From assembly GCA_028279595.1 (NCBI GenBank), contig JANQNK010000004.1:1-64000 (forward strand): DNA of 64,000 bases, in the 5' to 3' direction. The stretch's first letter is position 1. Every line of letters starts with the position of its first letter. Source of the DNA: Thermoplasmatota archaeon. Lineage in GTDB: Archaea > Thermoplasmatota > JAKEGO01. Under the pieces are notes generated by a model that saw nothing but the letters and a program-made list of their open reading frames with translations, made no database searches and was not told the DNA's origin. The translations under genes and the position numbers were made by a program. Positions 54,666 through 64,000 of the stretch are shown here, one piece after another.

Positions 54666-55472
54666 TCACCTCGCGGCGGTCGCCACGACCGACCTGAAAA
54701 GACGGAAGCCGTCGCCCCACTCGTCGTCCCTGGCGCCCTTCCATCCCTCCGGGTGGAGGTGCCTGTAGAGCGACCTCTCGGGATGCGGCATCATTCCGAG
54801 CACGTTGCCGGCGGGATTGCATATCCCGGCGACGTCCCGCTGGGAGCCGTTGGGGTTCCACGGGAAGGCATCGGCCTCCCCGTCCGTGTTGACGTAGGTG
54901 AAGATCGCCTGGCCCTCCTCGAAGAGACGGCCGTACTCATCGTTCTCGATTATCAGCTTGCCCTCGGCGTGCGCGGAGGGCGCGAATATCACCGAGCCCG
55001 CGTCCAGTTCCCTCGTGAAGGGGGTCTGTATCCCTCCGACCTTCAGGAACGTCGGACGGCATTCGAAGTGACCGGAATCGTTCTGTGCAAGGATGGCCGT
55101 CGGCTTCTCGGTCATGGGGTCGTCGAAGGCGGGAAGCAGCCCGAGCTCGACGAGGACCTGGAATCCGTTGCAGACCCCGAGGACCGGGCGCTCGTCCTCG
55201 ACGAAGGACCGGATGTCCCGTCCGAGGGACGCCTTCAGGCGTGCGCCGAAAAGAGCGCCGGCCCTGACGTAGTCGCCGGCCGAGAATCCGCCGGGGAACA
55301 TCAGGATATCGTAATCCTCCAGGGATCGCCTCATGTCGAGGGGTGCATGGCCGGTCAACTGGTTGAGGTGGACCTTCTCCGGCTCGGCCCCTGCCTCCCG
55401 GAACGCCCTCTCGGTCTCGTCCTCGCAGTTGGTTCCCTCGATCCGCAGTATCGCGACGCGCACGTCACCCAT
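54666..55472 (-). CDS. purQ: Phosphoribosylformylglycinamidine synthase subunit PurQ
   Basis: GTNCE.ET, PGGFSAGDY, GVCNGFQ, AHAEG, NPNGS, MMPHPER. Start moved to ATG 55472. Confidence 0.96.
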   Translation of the reverse strand: MGDVRVAILRIEGTNCEDETERAFREAGAEPEKVHLNQLTGHAPLDMRRSLEDYDILMFPGGFSAGDYVRAGALFGARLKASLGRDIRSFVEDERPVLGVCNGFQVLVELGLLPAFDDPMTEKPTAILAQNDSGHFECRPTFLKVGGIQTPFTRELDAGSVIFAPSAHAEGKLIIENDEYGRLFEEGQAIFTYVNTDGEADAFPWNPNGSQRDVAGICNPAGNVLGMMPHPERSLYRHLHPEGWKGARDDEWGDGFRLFRSVVATAAR

Positions 55473-56553
55473 TCGCCCATCCTCCAGACAGTTCCCGGAA
55501 GGCTTCCCACAGTTTATCAACGTTTCCCGGCCCAAGCGACCTCCCTGCCACCGCTAGGTTCCTCTCCGACTCCCGCGCGGTCACGGCGGCATCGGCCGAG
55601 TACCTTGAGATGGCGTCGGCGATGGCCTTTCCTTCGGCTGCCTCGTCGATCGAGCCCTTGACGAGCTCCGGTACACCGCGGACGCCGGGGACGACCACGG
55701 GTTTGCCGGCCGCCACTGCCATCACGACGTCGTACGGCAGGTCCTGGTCGTGGGGGAGTTCGGGGATGCACACCATGTCGCACGATCTGAACACCAGCGG
55801 ACGCTCCACGGGAAGGAGCTCGTCGAAGTAGGTGACCCTTCTGGAGAGATGGGTCCGCTTGATGATCGCCTTGAAGGATTTCGGTATAGCCCCCGCGATC
55901 CACAGGACAACGGCCGGGTCGAGACGGTGCAGTGCGTCGATGACGGCCCTGCTCTCCGAGGGAAGCTGCGGGATGAGGACCGCGAACGACGTGCCGGTCC
56001 TTTCAAGGACTGCGCCTGTCGAGGCGGGATCGTAGGCAGAGGGATGGTTGACACCTGCTGTGATCCCCCTCTCCTTCAACCAGGATGCCGTGTACCTGCT
56101 CGATGCGAAGACGCGGTCGGCGTTCGATATCGCATCGACCATGGCCGGGGTCAGTGAATCGACCGAGTGGACCGTGATCGCGAGGGGGATCCCGGCCAGG
56201 TGCTTGGCGAAGACCGAGGACATAGCGGGGTTCCACCCTGTGTGGGTATGTATGATGGACGCATGGTCGCTCAGCACCCATTCCGCGAGGTTCGTGCCGA
56301 CCCTGAGGTCCTTGAACGCCTTCCACTTCATGGCCCTGGGATACAGGGATGCCTTCTCGAAGAAACCGGGCCTGGTCCCCTCGGCGAGAACGTCGCGGGA
56401 GTCGGAGGGAATGTTGGGCTCGGTGCGCCCGTCGGAGCTGTAGACGAATGCCTCGCATGGCCCCAGCTGCTTCAATCCTGAGATCTCGTCCCGGATCAGG
56501 GGCCCGAGGGTCCCCCCCGGGGGAACGATGTACGCGACCCTCGTTGGGTGCAT
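55465..56553 (-). CDS. Divergent GT-B (GT4-like) glycosyltransferase
   Basis: IIHTH, ITVH, AxS.YT, AVAAGKPVV...GVPELV; the usual E-x7-E motif is degenerate. Confidence 0.7.
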   Translation of the reverse strand: MHPTRVAYIVPPGGTLGPLIRDEISGLKQLGPCEAFVYSSDGRTEPNIPSDSRDVLAEGTRPGFFEKASLYPRAMKWKAFKDLRVGTNLAEWVLSDHASIIHTHTGWNPAMSSVFAKHLAGIPLAITVHSVDSLTPAMVDAISNADRVFASSRYTASWLKERGITAGVNHPSAYDPASTGAVLERTGTSFAVLIPQLPSESRAVIDALHRLDPAVVLWIAGAIPKSFKAIIKRTHLSRRVTYFDELLPVERPLVFRSCDMVCIPELPHDQDLPYDVVMAVAAGKPVVVPGVRGVPELVKGSIDEAAEGKAIADAISRYSADAAVTARESERNLAVAGRSLGPGNVDKLWEAFRELSGGWANG

Positions 56554-56560
56554 GGCCGCC

Positions 56561-57850
56561 TCAGAAGCCCAGCACTTCCTGGTAACCGTTCATGTCCATG
56601 AAGCCGTGCCCGCTGATGTTGAAGACGATGGTCTTCTCCTCGCCCGTCTTCTTGCACTTCAGCGCCTCGTCGATCGCGCATGCAGCGGAATATGCGGACT
56701 CCGGAGCGGGCAGGAATCCCTCGTTCTGGACGAAGATCTTCGCCCTCTCGAAGACGTGCCTCTCGTCTTTCGGATACGCGACCGTGTCGATGAGCCCAGC
56801 GTGCCTGAGTACGCTCAGGACGGGAGCGCAGCCGTGGTAGCGCAGGCCGTCGCCCTTGATCGGGTCCATGGAGGCGTGATGTCCGAGTGTGTACATCTTG
56901 AGCATCGGGGTTATCTCCGCATGGTCCGCGTGGTCGTACCTGTACTCTCCTTGAAGGTTGGGTGCGACCTCCGACTGGGCGGCGATGAACTTGATGTCTG
57001 CCTCGCCCCGGCAGACCTTGCCCAGGAACGGTATCGCGAACCCGCCGAAGTTGCTGCCTCCCCCGAGGCATGACACCATGATGTCGGGCTCGGCCTCGGC
57101 AGCGGCGAGCTGCTCCATGGTCTCGAGACCAATGACGGTCTGGTGGAGCAGGACGTGGTTGAGCACTGACCCGAGGGAATAGATGACGTTCGGGTCCTTG
57201 TCGGCGACCTCGAGGCCCTCGGACACCGCGATCCCCAGTGAACCGGGGTGGTTCGGGTCCTCGGCGAGGAGCTTCCTTCCGCACTCGGTCTGGTCGGACG
57301 GTGACGCATAGACCTCCGAGCCGAGCATCCTCATGAACGCGAGCCTGTCCGCCTTCCACGAATGGACTGCGCGGACCCAGAAGACCTTGGCCTTCAGTCC
57401 TGCGATGGAACACGCATACGAGAGGGCGGTTCCCCACTGGCCGGCGCCGGTCTCGGTGCTGAGGTGTTCGTATCCCTCCTTCACCGCGTAGTAGGCCTGA
57501 GCAAGGGCGGTGTTCACCTTGTGGCTGCCGGTCGGGCTGTAGAACTCGGATTTGTAGTATATCTTGGCCGGAGTGCCGAGATATTCCTCAAGACGGGTCG
57601 CCCTGAATAGGGGGCGGGGCCTGCCGGCCTTCGCGAAGAGCTCCCTTACGCCCTCGGGAATGTCGATCCAGGTATCCTCCGAGAACTCCTGCTTCAGGCA
57701 CTCGCCCAGAAGGAGGTTCGGGAGGTTCTGCACGCGGGAAGGGCCCTCCTCGGGGTCCATGGGCTTCGGCATGGGCTCCGGAAGGTCTGGAAGTATGTTG
57801 TACCACTTCTTCGGGATGTCGTCAACTGAGATGTTGAACTGGTTCTCCAT
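56561..57850 (-). CDS. trpB2: TrpB2-type PLP-dependent enzyme (tryptophan synthase beta, type 2)
   Basis: IPKKWYNILPDLP, GSHKVNTA, ETGAGQWG, GSLGIAVSE, GGGSNF, PAPES, NISGHG. Confidence 0.93.
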   Translation of the reverse strand: MENQFNISVDDIPKKWYNILPDLPEPMPKPMDPEEGPSRVQNLPNLLLGECLKQEFSEDTWIDIPEGVRELFAKAGRPRPLFRATRLEEYLGTPAKIYYKSEFYSPTGSHKVNTALAQAYYAVKEGYEHLSTETGAGQWGTALSYACSIAGLKAKVFWVRAVHSWKADRLAFMRMLGSEVYASPSDQTECGRKLLAEDPNHPGSLGIAVSEGLEVADKDPNVIYSLGSVLNHVLLHQTVIGLETMEQLAAAEAEPDIMVSCLGGGSNFGGFAIPFLGKVCRGEADIKFIAAQSEVAPNLQGEYRYDHADHAEITPMLKMYTLGHHASMDPIKGDGLRYHGCAPVLSVLRHAGLIDTVAYPKDERHVFERAKIFVQNEGFLPAPESAYSAACAIDEALKCKKTGEEKTIVFNISGHGFMDMNGYQEVLGF

Positions 57851-57938
57851 TGTGTCACCGACCCAACATATCAGTGCGAGTTATAAAACTGTTGGTCGGC
57901 GGCGGAACCTAGATAACCTGGACGGCCGATTCGGACCC

Positions 57939-58397
57939 ATGTCCGGGGAGATCGGGAAGGTGTACTTCGAGCCCATCGGGGTGATCCGGACCCCGTTCCG
58001 GACGAGGAACGATGCTCCCTTCCGACCGGGGGATGCCCGGGGCGAGGTCATCGTCAGACAGGGGCTGCAGGAAGGTCTGCAGGACCTCGAGGGGTTCTCC
58101 CACGTGGTCCTCGTCTTCCACTTCCACCTCTCGGAGGGTTACACGTTGACTCCGACGCCCCCGAGGGAGACGGAGCCCAAGGGGCTCTTCGCGACGAGGT
58201 CCCCGAACCGGCCGAACGGGATAGGTGTCTCGCCCGTCCGGCTCATTGGCATCGAGGGGATTGTCCTCAAGGTCGAGGGGGTCGACATGATCGACGGGAC
58301 TCCTCTACTCGACATCAAACCCTACATCCCGTACGTCGACAGCGACGAGATCGCGCTCGGGTGGCTTGCGGGATCGAGACATGAGGAAGGTGCTTGA
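57939..58397 (+). CDS. tsaA: tRNA m6t6A37 methyltransferase TrmO/TsaA family
   Basis: PIGVIRTPF, GLQDLEGFSH, GLFATRSPNRPN.IG, DGTPLLDIKPY. Start moved to ATG 57939. Confidence 0.9.
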   Translation: MSGEIGKVYFEPIGVIRTPFRTRNDAPFRPGDARGEVIVRQGLQEGLQDLEGFSHVVLVFHFHLSEGYTLTPTPPRETEPKGLFATRSPNRPNGIGVSPVRLIGIEGIVLKVEGVDMIDGTPLLDIKPYIPYVDSDEIALGWLAGSRHEEGA

Positions 58398-58841
58398 ATG
58401 GAAGTGGACGATATTACGATCAGGGATTTCACGATGGACGATTTCGATGCTGTCATCGCGTTCTGGACGGAGGAGGATTCTGAGCACAAGCCCCTTGGGC
58501 GGGACCGAAGGGAATGCATCGAGAAGGAGCTCTCCCTTCCGACCTCTGCGTTCCTCGTCGCCGAGCTCGACGGACGTATCGTCGGCACAGTCTTCGGCAC
58601 CCATGATGGGCGGAAGGGCTGGATCAACAGGCTTGCGGTCGCCTCCGACCTCAGGAGGCAGGGGTTGGCCGGAAGGCTCGTCGCGGCGGCGGAGGAGAGC
58701 CTTCACGAAATGGGCATCGAGATCATCGGAGCCCTCATATGGGACACGAACGCCCCGTCGATCGCCTTCGCGGAGGGCATTGGGTACGAGAGGCACGACG
58801 ACTGCCTCTACTTCTCAAAGCGGAAGGGACCCGAGGTCTGA
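58398..58841 (+). CDS. GNAT-family N-acetyltransferase
   Basis: HDGRKGWINRLAV...RRQGLA (motif A); N..SIAF....GY. Confidence 0.9.
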   Translation: MEVDDITIRDFTMDDFDAVIAFWTEEDSEHKPLGRDRRECIEKELSLPTSAFLVAELDGRIVGTVFGTHDGRKGWINRLAVASDLRRQGLAGRLVAAAEESLHEMGIEIIGALIWDTNAPSIAFAEGIGYERHDDCLYFSKRKGPEV

Positions 58842-58963
58842 TCCTGATCGGTCGTCTAGCCCCGAGATCCAAGGCATAGCCAGACGGTCTGAACGAACGC
58901 ATTCCATCTGTGTCAAATCATGATGGGAAAGGATTTATAAGCATTCGGGTTCTGGACGGGGTA

Positions 58964-59770
58964 ATGGTCGACCAGGTGACCGCCGTCGTGATGGCGTCGA
59001 GCCTCGCACTCCTGGCAGTGGGCTATATCCTCAGGGACAGGAGGGCGTACGTATTCCAGTCCGTCGGATGGATCGCCATGGCGGGATTCTGGGCCATACA
59101 GACCGTCGTCTACGAGGCGGGCAACATGAGCAACGGCATCTTCACGGCGCTGGGTGCCTCGTTCTCGCTCTACCTCTCGTACTATTCCTTCGAGGCGTTC
59201 TACCGCAGTGTGGAGAGCGAGCCGCTCAGGTTCATCGCGGGGATGTCGGTCATCGCCGGCGGGATATACTACCCCTTCGAGTGGGTACCTGCCCTCGCCG
59301 GAAGATTGATCTACTTCACCGCAGCGCAGACCGCATGGGCGCTAAACCTCATAGGCTACGACGTCTACGCTGGTGAGATAATCACCGTCGGCGGGAACAC
59401 GTACGTCCCGATCGTGGGCACCAACGTCTCGATAATCCTGGCCTGCACTGCCATACAGGCGTTCGCGCTTTTCACAGGCGCCCTCATCGCCGTGAAGGCG
59501 CCATGGCGGACGAAATTGAAGGGGCTGGCCATCTCGCTCCTCGTCATACACGTGCTCAACATCGTCAGGAACGTGAGCATCATCGTACTCGTCAACGACC
59601 ACGGATACGACTTCGACTTCGCGCACAACGGGCTAGGCAAGGGCTTCAGCCTCCTGGTGCTCATCGTGATACTCTACTACCTCTTCGAGATGATCCCGAG
59701 CCTCTACGACAACATCATGGGGCTCTTCTCGCTGGACACGGACCTGCCGAAGGCGAAGAGGAGGTCTTGA
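58964..59770 (+). CDS. artA: Archaeosortase (ArtA-like)
   Basis: Multi-TM protein with IILACTAIQ (Cys), LNIVRN (Arg) and FAHN..GK. Start moved to ATG 58964. Confidence 0.85.
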   Translation: MVDQVTAVVMASSLALLAVGYILRDRRAYVFQSVGWIAMAGFWAIQTVVYEAGNMSNGIFTALGASFSLYLSYYSFEAFYRSVESEPLRFIAGMSVIAGGIYYPFEWVPALAGRLIYFTAAQTAWALNLIGYDVYAGEIITVGGNTYVPIVGTNVSIILACTAIQAFALFTGALIAVKAPWRTKLKGLAISLLVIHVLNIVRNVSIIVLVNDHGYDFDFAHNGLGKGFSLLVLIVILYYLFEMIPSLYDNIMGLFSLDTDLPKAKRRS

Positions 59771-60253
59771 ATGCTCGATCTCGGGTTCCTGCCGCCTCCG
59801 GTGGCGGTCTTCCTCATGGCCATGCTGCCATTCGGCGAGCTCAGGCTCTCGATACCGGTGGGCATCTTGCATTACAACATGGACCCTACCGCGACCTTCA
59901 TCGTGTCGGTCCTCGGAAACCTGCTCCCGATACCTTTCATCCTGGTCCTCTTCCACAGGGTGGAGAGCTACCTGCGGAAGTATGACAGGTTCAACAGGCT
60001 GTTCGACCGCCTCTTCGACAGGACCATCAGGCGGGCGAAGGCGAAGATCCACACCTACGAGGAGATAGCACTCATCCTCTTCGTTGCCATCCCTGCACCG
60101 TTCACCGGTGCATGGACCGGTGCGCTCATCGCATACCTGTTCGACCTCGAGAACAAGAAATCGTTCCTGATAATCGCCCTGGGCGTGATAATCGCGGGAC
60201 TGGTCGTCACGGCGGTCGTGGTATGGGGCGGCGGTTTTCTGGGGATCCGATGA
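59771..60253 (+). CDS. COG2426 / small multi-drug export family membrane protein
   Basis: AMLPFGELRLSIP, GNLLPIP, FVAIPAPFTGAWTG. Confidence 0.88.
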   Translation: MLDLGFLPPPVAVFLMAMLPFGELRLSIPVGILHYNMDPTATFIVSVLGNLLPIPFILVLFHRVESYLRKYDRFNRLFDRLFDRTIRRAKAKIHTYEEIALILFVAIPAPFTGAWTGALIAYLFDLENKKSFLIIALGVIIAGLVVTAVVVWGGGFLGIR

Positions 60254-60304
60254 ACGGACCCGTGGATATCATGATCTACCAGGTCTACAGACCCCTCAGC
60301 GGAT

Positions 60305-61249
60305 TCATTCCCACTCGATCGTGCTGGGCGGCTTGTTGGTGATGTCGTAGACTATCCTGGTGACCTCTTCGCCCATCTCGTTCGATATCCTTCTCGATAT
60401 CCGGTCCAGGACCTTGTGGTCTATTGGGCAGTAGGCGGCGGTCATCCCGTCCAGCGAGTAGACCGCGCGAACGACGATCGTGTAGCCATAGGCACGGAGG
60501 TCCCCGTGGACCCCGACGGAGCGTACCGGAAGGAGAACGGCGAAGTACTGCCACGGCTCCTCGTAATATCCCTCCTGGGCACCCTTGAGTATCTCCTCCT
60601 CGGCGATGTGGCACGCCTCCCTGACGATCCTGGTCCTGTCCGGCGTCGCCTCGCCGAGGATCCTTATGGCGAGTCCGGGCCCTGGGAAGGGCTGCCTGTC
60701 GTGGACCGGTATCTCGAGGAACTTGGCCACCTCGCGGACCTCGTCCTTGTAGAGGTCACGGATCGGTTCGATGAGGTCGAGACCGAGCTCATCGGGGAGC
60801 CCGCCGACGTTGTGATGGGACTTGATCGTGTCGCGGATGCCGCCCCCGGACTCTATCCAGTCGGGAGCGATCGTGCCCTGGATGAGGTGCTCGGCGTCAG
60901 TCTCGCCCGCTGCGTCCGTGAACACGTCGATGAACGTCCCGCCGATGACCTTCCTCTTCTCCTCCGGCTCGATCACGCCCTCGAGGGCCTTGTAGAACCG
61001 CTCCGACGCCTCGACGTAGTTGAGGTCGATGCCGAGGTCCTTGAAAATGCCCTTGACGTTCTCCCCCTCGCCCTTCCGCATGTAGCCCGTGTCGACGTAG
61101 ATCGGTATCAACCGGTCGCCTATGGCCCTGTGCGCCAGACAGGCGACGACCGTGCTGTCAACGCCTCCGGACGCCGCAACGATCGCCTTGCCCTCTATGC
61201 GGGACCTCAGGTCCGCTACCGCCTCCTCGATGAATGCCTCTATGTCCAT
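60305..61249 (-). CDS. guaAB: GMP synthase subunit B (ATP pyrophosphatase)
   Basis: SGGVDS, QGTIAPD.IES, IKSHHNVGGLP, PFPGPGL, YDITNKPP.TIEWE. Confidence 0.96.
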   Translation of the reverse strand: MDIEAFIEEAVADLRSRIEGKAIVAASGGVDSTVVACLAHRAIGDRLIPIYVDTGYMRKGEGENVKGIFKDLGIDLNYVEASERFYKALEGVIEPEEKRKVIGGTFIDVFTDAAGETDAEHLIQGTIAPDWIESGGGIRDTIKSHHNVGGLPDELGLDLIEPIRDLYKDEVREVAKFLEIPVHDRQPFPGPGLAIRILGEATPDRTRIVREACHIAEEEILKGAQEGYYEEPWQYFAVLLPVRSVGVHGDLRAYGYTIVVRAVYSLDGMTAAYCPIDHKVLDRISRRISNEMGEEVTRIVYDITNKPPSTIEWE

Positions 61250-61258
61250 ATGGTCACC

Positions 61259-62059
61259 TCATGTTCCTATCCTTGTGCTCCGCACGTATGCGTGCAGGGC
61301 GGCTATCGCTGACATTACGGCGAGCTCGCTCGTTCCAGGCGTCTCTGCCGATGGGACGTTGTCGAGGGCGAGGGTCATCCTACCGAAGTCCCCCTCGACC
61401 ACGAGTTCGTGCCTGTTCCTCTCTATATCCGGGTCCAGCGTGACCCTCACGATCAGACCGGCCTCGGCCATTGCGGCTATCGCGAGTGTCGATGATACGT
61501 TGACGTTACGCGGGAAGTACCTGATGGCCTGCTCGGGCGAGCCCTCGAATATCAGGGTCCGCTCCTTGATGGACACCGGGTCGATCCCGACCTCCTCGGT
61601 AAAGGCGTCCGAGGGCCTTACGGAGCCCGGATGCTTGACCGTGTTGAGCTCGAAGCGGTGGACCTTGCCGACGGAGGCGGCCTTCAACACGTCGATTCCC
61701 CCGATGGCTCCCGATGGGACCGAGATGATCGAGCCGGACCTGGCCGCCGCGGCCTCTGCCCAGCTCCTCAGTTCTGGGTCGACCAGTCCGCCGGAGCTCA
61801 GTACCATGACGTCCGCCCCGCGATCGAGGGTGCCCTCGAGTACCTCGCGGACGACGTCTGGCGCAGCTGCCTCGATGACGAGATCGGCCGCCGAAAGCAG
61901 GTCTGGAAGGTCGACGGCTTCCACCATGCCGCCCTCGAGCCCTCTGGCCCTCTCTCCGTGCCTGTCATGGACCAGAATGCGTTCCACGACGTCAAGGACG
62001 GCGGCCTCTTCGACCATCCGCCTTCCAATGGCTCCACAGCCGACGACTCCAAGGATCAT
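61259..62059 (-). CDS. nadX: L-aspartate dehydrogenase
   Basis: GCGAIG, EAA, PSGAIGGID, FEG....A...FPRNVNV, N.HEL, P.TS.LA. Start moved to ATG 62059. Confidence 0.88.
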   Translation of the reverse strand: MILGVVGCGAIGRRMVEEAAVLDVVERILVHDRHGERARGLEGGMVEAVDLPDLLSAADLVIEAAAPDVVREVLEGTLDRGADVMVLSSGGLVDPELRSWAEAAAARSGSIISVPSGAIGGIDVLKAASVGKVHRFELNTVKHPGSVRPSDAFTEEVGIDPVSIKERTLIFEGSPEQAIRYFPRNVNVSSTLAIAAMAEAGLIVRVTLDPDIERNRHELVVEGDFGRMTLALDNVPSAETPGTSELAVMSAIAALHAYVRSTRIGT

Positions 62060-62137
62060 CGGTCCTCGATTGGCAAACAACATGGACGCATTAAAAAGGA
62101 TTTGCATTGAACTGTTCGCATTGGTAAAGGCTCAGGC

Positions 62138-62518
62138 CTAGAACGAATAGGACCTTTCGGGGAGGGTCCAGGCGCCGAAAGCTGAGAATATCATGCAGAC
62201 CGCGTAGATGGCGATGATGGCCGTCCATTCCAGGAACTCGAGCAGGATGAATCCCCTCATCACTCGGAGGAGCATGACGACCGTCGACACCACGATGGAG
62301 GCCTCGACCAGTCCCAGCATGACGGCGAAGGGAACGGCCCTGTCGCGGTGCTCCCACATCGCCATCCTGGCCCCGAAGTACGGACCGAGGATGAGCCAGA
62401 CAGCGATACCGACGATCGGCAGCAGGATGGTCGGTATGAAGAGGAAGAACACTATGAGGCCGAGGAGCATTGCTGAGGGTCTCGTCGTCCTCATCCTGTC
62501 GGCGAAGGAGATGGTCAC
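62138..62518 (-). CDS. Hypothetical membrane protein (about 4 TM)
   Basis: Hydrophobic 126-aa ORF with a TATA-like TTTTATA upstream on the minus strand. Confidence 0.65.
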   Translation of the reverse strand: MTISFADRMRTTRPSAMLLGLIVFFLFIPTILLPIVGIAVWLILGPYFGARMAMWEHRDRAVPFAVMLGLVEASIVVSTVVMLLRVMRGFILLEFLEWTAIIAIYAVCMIFSAFGAWTLPERSYSF

Positions 62519-62747
62519 ATATGGCTATTCGGCCGAAGGATATAAAAGTTGTCCGATGGACCGTCCTAGACGGTCTGCAAGGACCGAGGGGCATCTCCAT
62601 GGACGGTACGATCGGACGCCCGGGACTTGTCGCCAATATCGTATCTGTACCATTTTTTCCCGATGCCAGAGCCTGACAATAACCACCACCGGTCTGGGAT
62701 GACCACCAGATTAAGTTTTTATGCTTAAACTGTATTAAGGGACCGCA

Positions 62748-63086
62748 ATGACATTGGATATGATTGAGATCATCCAACAGAAGGTGGCGGAGTTCAACGA
62801 GAAGGTGTCCGCGGACGAGAAGATGTCCAAGGACCTCGGGGGCGTGACTAAGAACATCCTGATCGATCTGGGTGGCGAGAGGGTTTTCCTGGAATTGAAG
62901 GATAACGCGATAGGTATAGTCGATGAATTGGGTGACATCGACATGAAGATCGTGACCACCCCCGAAGTTCTCAGCGGAATAATCAACAAGGAGATCAGTC
63001 CGATGAGGGCGCTTCTGATCGACAGGACCCTGAAGGTCGAGGCGAGCCTGGAGGACAAGTTGCGGCTCCGAAAGCTGTTGGAATGA
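62748..63086 (+). CDS. SCP2 sterol/lipid-binding domain protein
   Basis: D.KI.TT.EVL.GI...EISPMRAL....LKVE.S.ED.L.L matches the SCP2 C-terminal pattern. Confidence 0.78.
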   Translation: MTLDMIEIIQQKVAEFNEKVSADEKMSKDLGGVTKNILIDLGGERVFLELKDNAIGIVDELGDIDMKIVTTPEVLSGIINKEISPMRALLIDRTLKVEASLEDKLRLRKLLE

Positions 63087-63099
63087 GGGTGGAGGACCA

Positions 63100-64000
63100 A
63101 TGAGCGGCCCGGACGAAGCGGAGAAGCACCGACTGAAAGGCAACGAGCATTTCAAGAGTGGTAATTATAGAGGGGCGCTCGACGAGTTCGAACTGGGTTT
63201 GAAGGACGACCCGGACAGCATCAGGATACTCAACAACATGGCCATAACGCAGAGGGCGCTGAAGCTCTTCAAGGAGGCTCTCGGCACCTATGACAGGATA
63301 CTCGAGATAGACGCGGACAACGACAAGGCCCTCGTGGGGAGGAAGAAGTGCCTCGAATCGATGCCCGATGAACCGGAAGAGGAGGAGGTCGAGTTCGAGG
63401 CGGGGGAGCCGCCGGCCGAGGAGGCCGAACTGGAGCCCGAGAAGGACCTTCTGGACGACGATGCCAGTTTCGACGACGTTTTCTCCGATCTCCTGTCCGA
63501 TGATGAGGATGAGGAGCCGGCCGTCGAAGAGGAGCCTGAGGAGAGACCGGTAGAGAAGCCAGGAAAGGAACCAGAACCAGAGCGAAAGAAGGCACCGGAA
63601 CCCGAGAAGGTCGTCGAGGAGAAGCGAGAGGCAAAGGTCGATACATCCAAGACGGACGATGAGATCAAGGCGGTGAAGGCTGCAGCGGAGGAGCAGAAGC
63701 AGGCCATAACGGACGAGCTCGAGGATGTCCGCGCAAGTGCCGAGAAGAAGAAGGAGTCCATCGTCCAGGAGATCGCCGACCTGCAGGCCAGCATGGACGA
63801 GAAGAAGCGCGAGATCGAGGAGGAGATCCAGCGAGAGACGGAGTCCGTGCGGAGGGTCACCGAGGAAAGGAAGCGGGTGATCGAATCCGACCTCAAGAAG
63901 CTCGAATCCCGGCTGGAGAGGAGACAGGGCGAGCTTGCTGGCGAGATCGAGGAGCTCGAGGAGGCCGCCAATGCGAAGAAGGCCGTCCTGCAGAGCGAGA
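63100..64000 (+). CDS. TPR-repeat protein with acidic linker and long coiled coil (runs off the window)
   Basis: Not in the ORF track; translated by hand: MSGPDEAEKHRLKGNEHFKSGNYRGALDEFELGLKDDPDSIRILNNMAITQRALKLFKEALGTYDRILEIDADNDKA; GGAGG RBS; no stop seen before 64000. Confidence 0.85.
   Translation, partial: MSGPDEAEKHRLKGNEHFKSGNYRGALDEFELGLKDDPDSIRILNNMAITQRALKLFKEALGTYDRILEIDADNDKALVGRKKCLESMPDEPEEEEVEFEAGEPPAEEAELEPEKDLLDDDASFDDVFSDLLSDDEDEEPAVEEEPEERPVEKPGKEPEPERKKAPEPEKVVEEKREAKVDTSKTDDEIKAVKAAAEEQKQAITDELEDVRASAEKKKESIVQEIADLQASMDEKKREIEEEIQRETESVRRVTEERKRVIESDLKKLESRLERRQGELAGEIEELEEAANAKKAVLQSE

Noticed and set aside
48320-63971. Antisense or alternative-frame ORFs over housekeeping genes (for example 51400-52791, 54603-55661, 61122-62141, 62091-63155, 63288-63971)
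   Set aside because: They overlap well-supported genes; 63288-63971 is the mirror of the plus-strand TPR/coiled-coil gene.

Overview
Archaeal chromosome segment, most consistent with a GC-rich Thermoplasmatota genome. Markers are an archaeal LeuRS, a CDC48/VAT ATPase, a split GMP synthase B subunit, TrpB2, an archaeosortase and an EndoQ-like PHP protein. Left to right: (1) the distal part of a pst phosphate-uptake operon (phoU, pstB, and a pstA whose N-terminus looks like the cut-off end of a fused PstC); (2) a visibly AT-richer island (~2.37-11.67 kb) abutting the 3' end of tRNA-Leu(GAG), with a tyrosine integrase, a coupled RHH/coiled-coil/wHTH partner, a ~1,375-aa beta-helix surface protein, orphans and periodic G/C-run arrays; (3) tRNA-Ile, purS, tRNA-Pro and a cluster with two HxlR/DUF24 regulators; (4) a 24.6-kb gene for an ~8,200-aa membrane-anchored surface protein; (5) housekeeping genes to the window end. 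The best candidate for an undescribed system is the giant protein. Its distal N-terminal part has a transglutaminase-like fold lacking the catalytic Cys, a DPETG motif, a cationic amphipathic bacteriocin-like module and a 13-Cys knot. These sit on a stalk of nested domains, including an apparent ~4,570-aa passenger inside one Ig-like domain and a series of Ig carriers that each hold a different ligand-binding insert. All functional calls come from reading motifs by eye; no database search was run. Several start codons were reassigned from the ORF track using RBS or overlap evidence.
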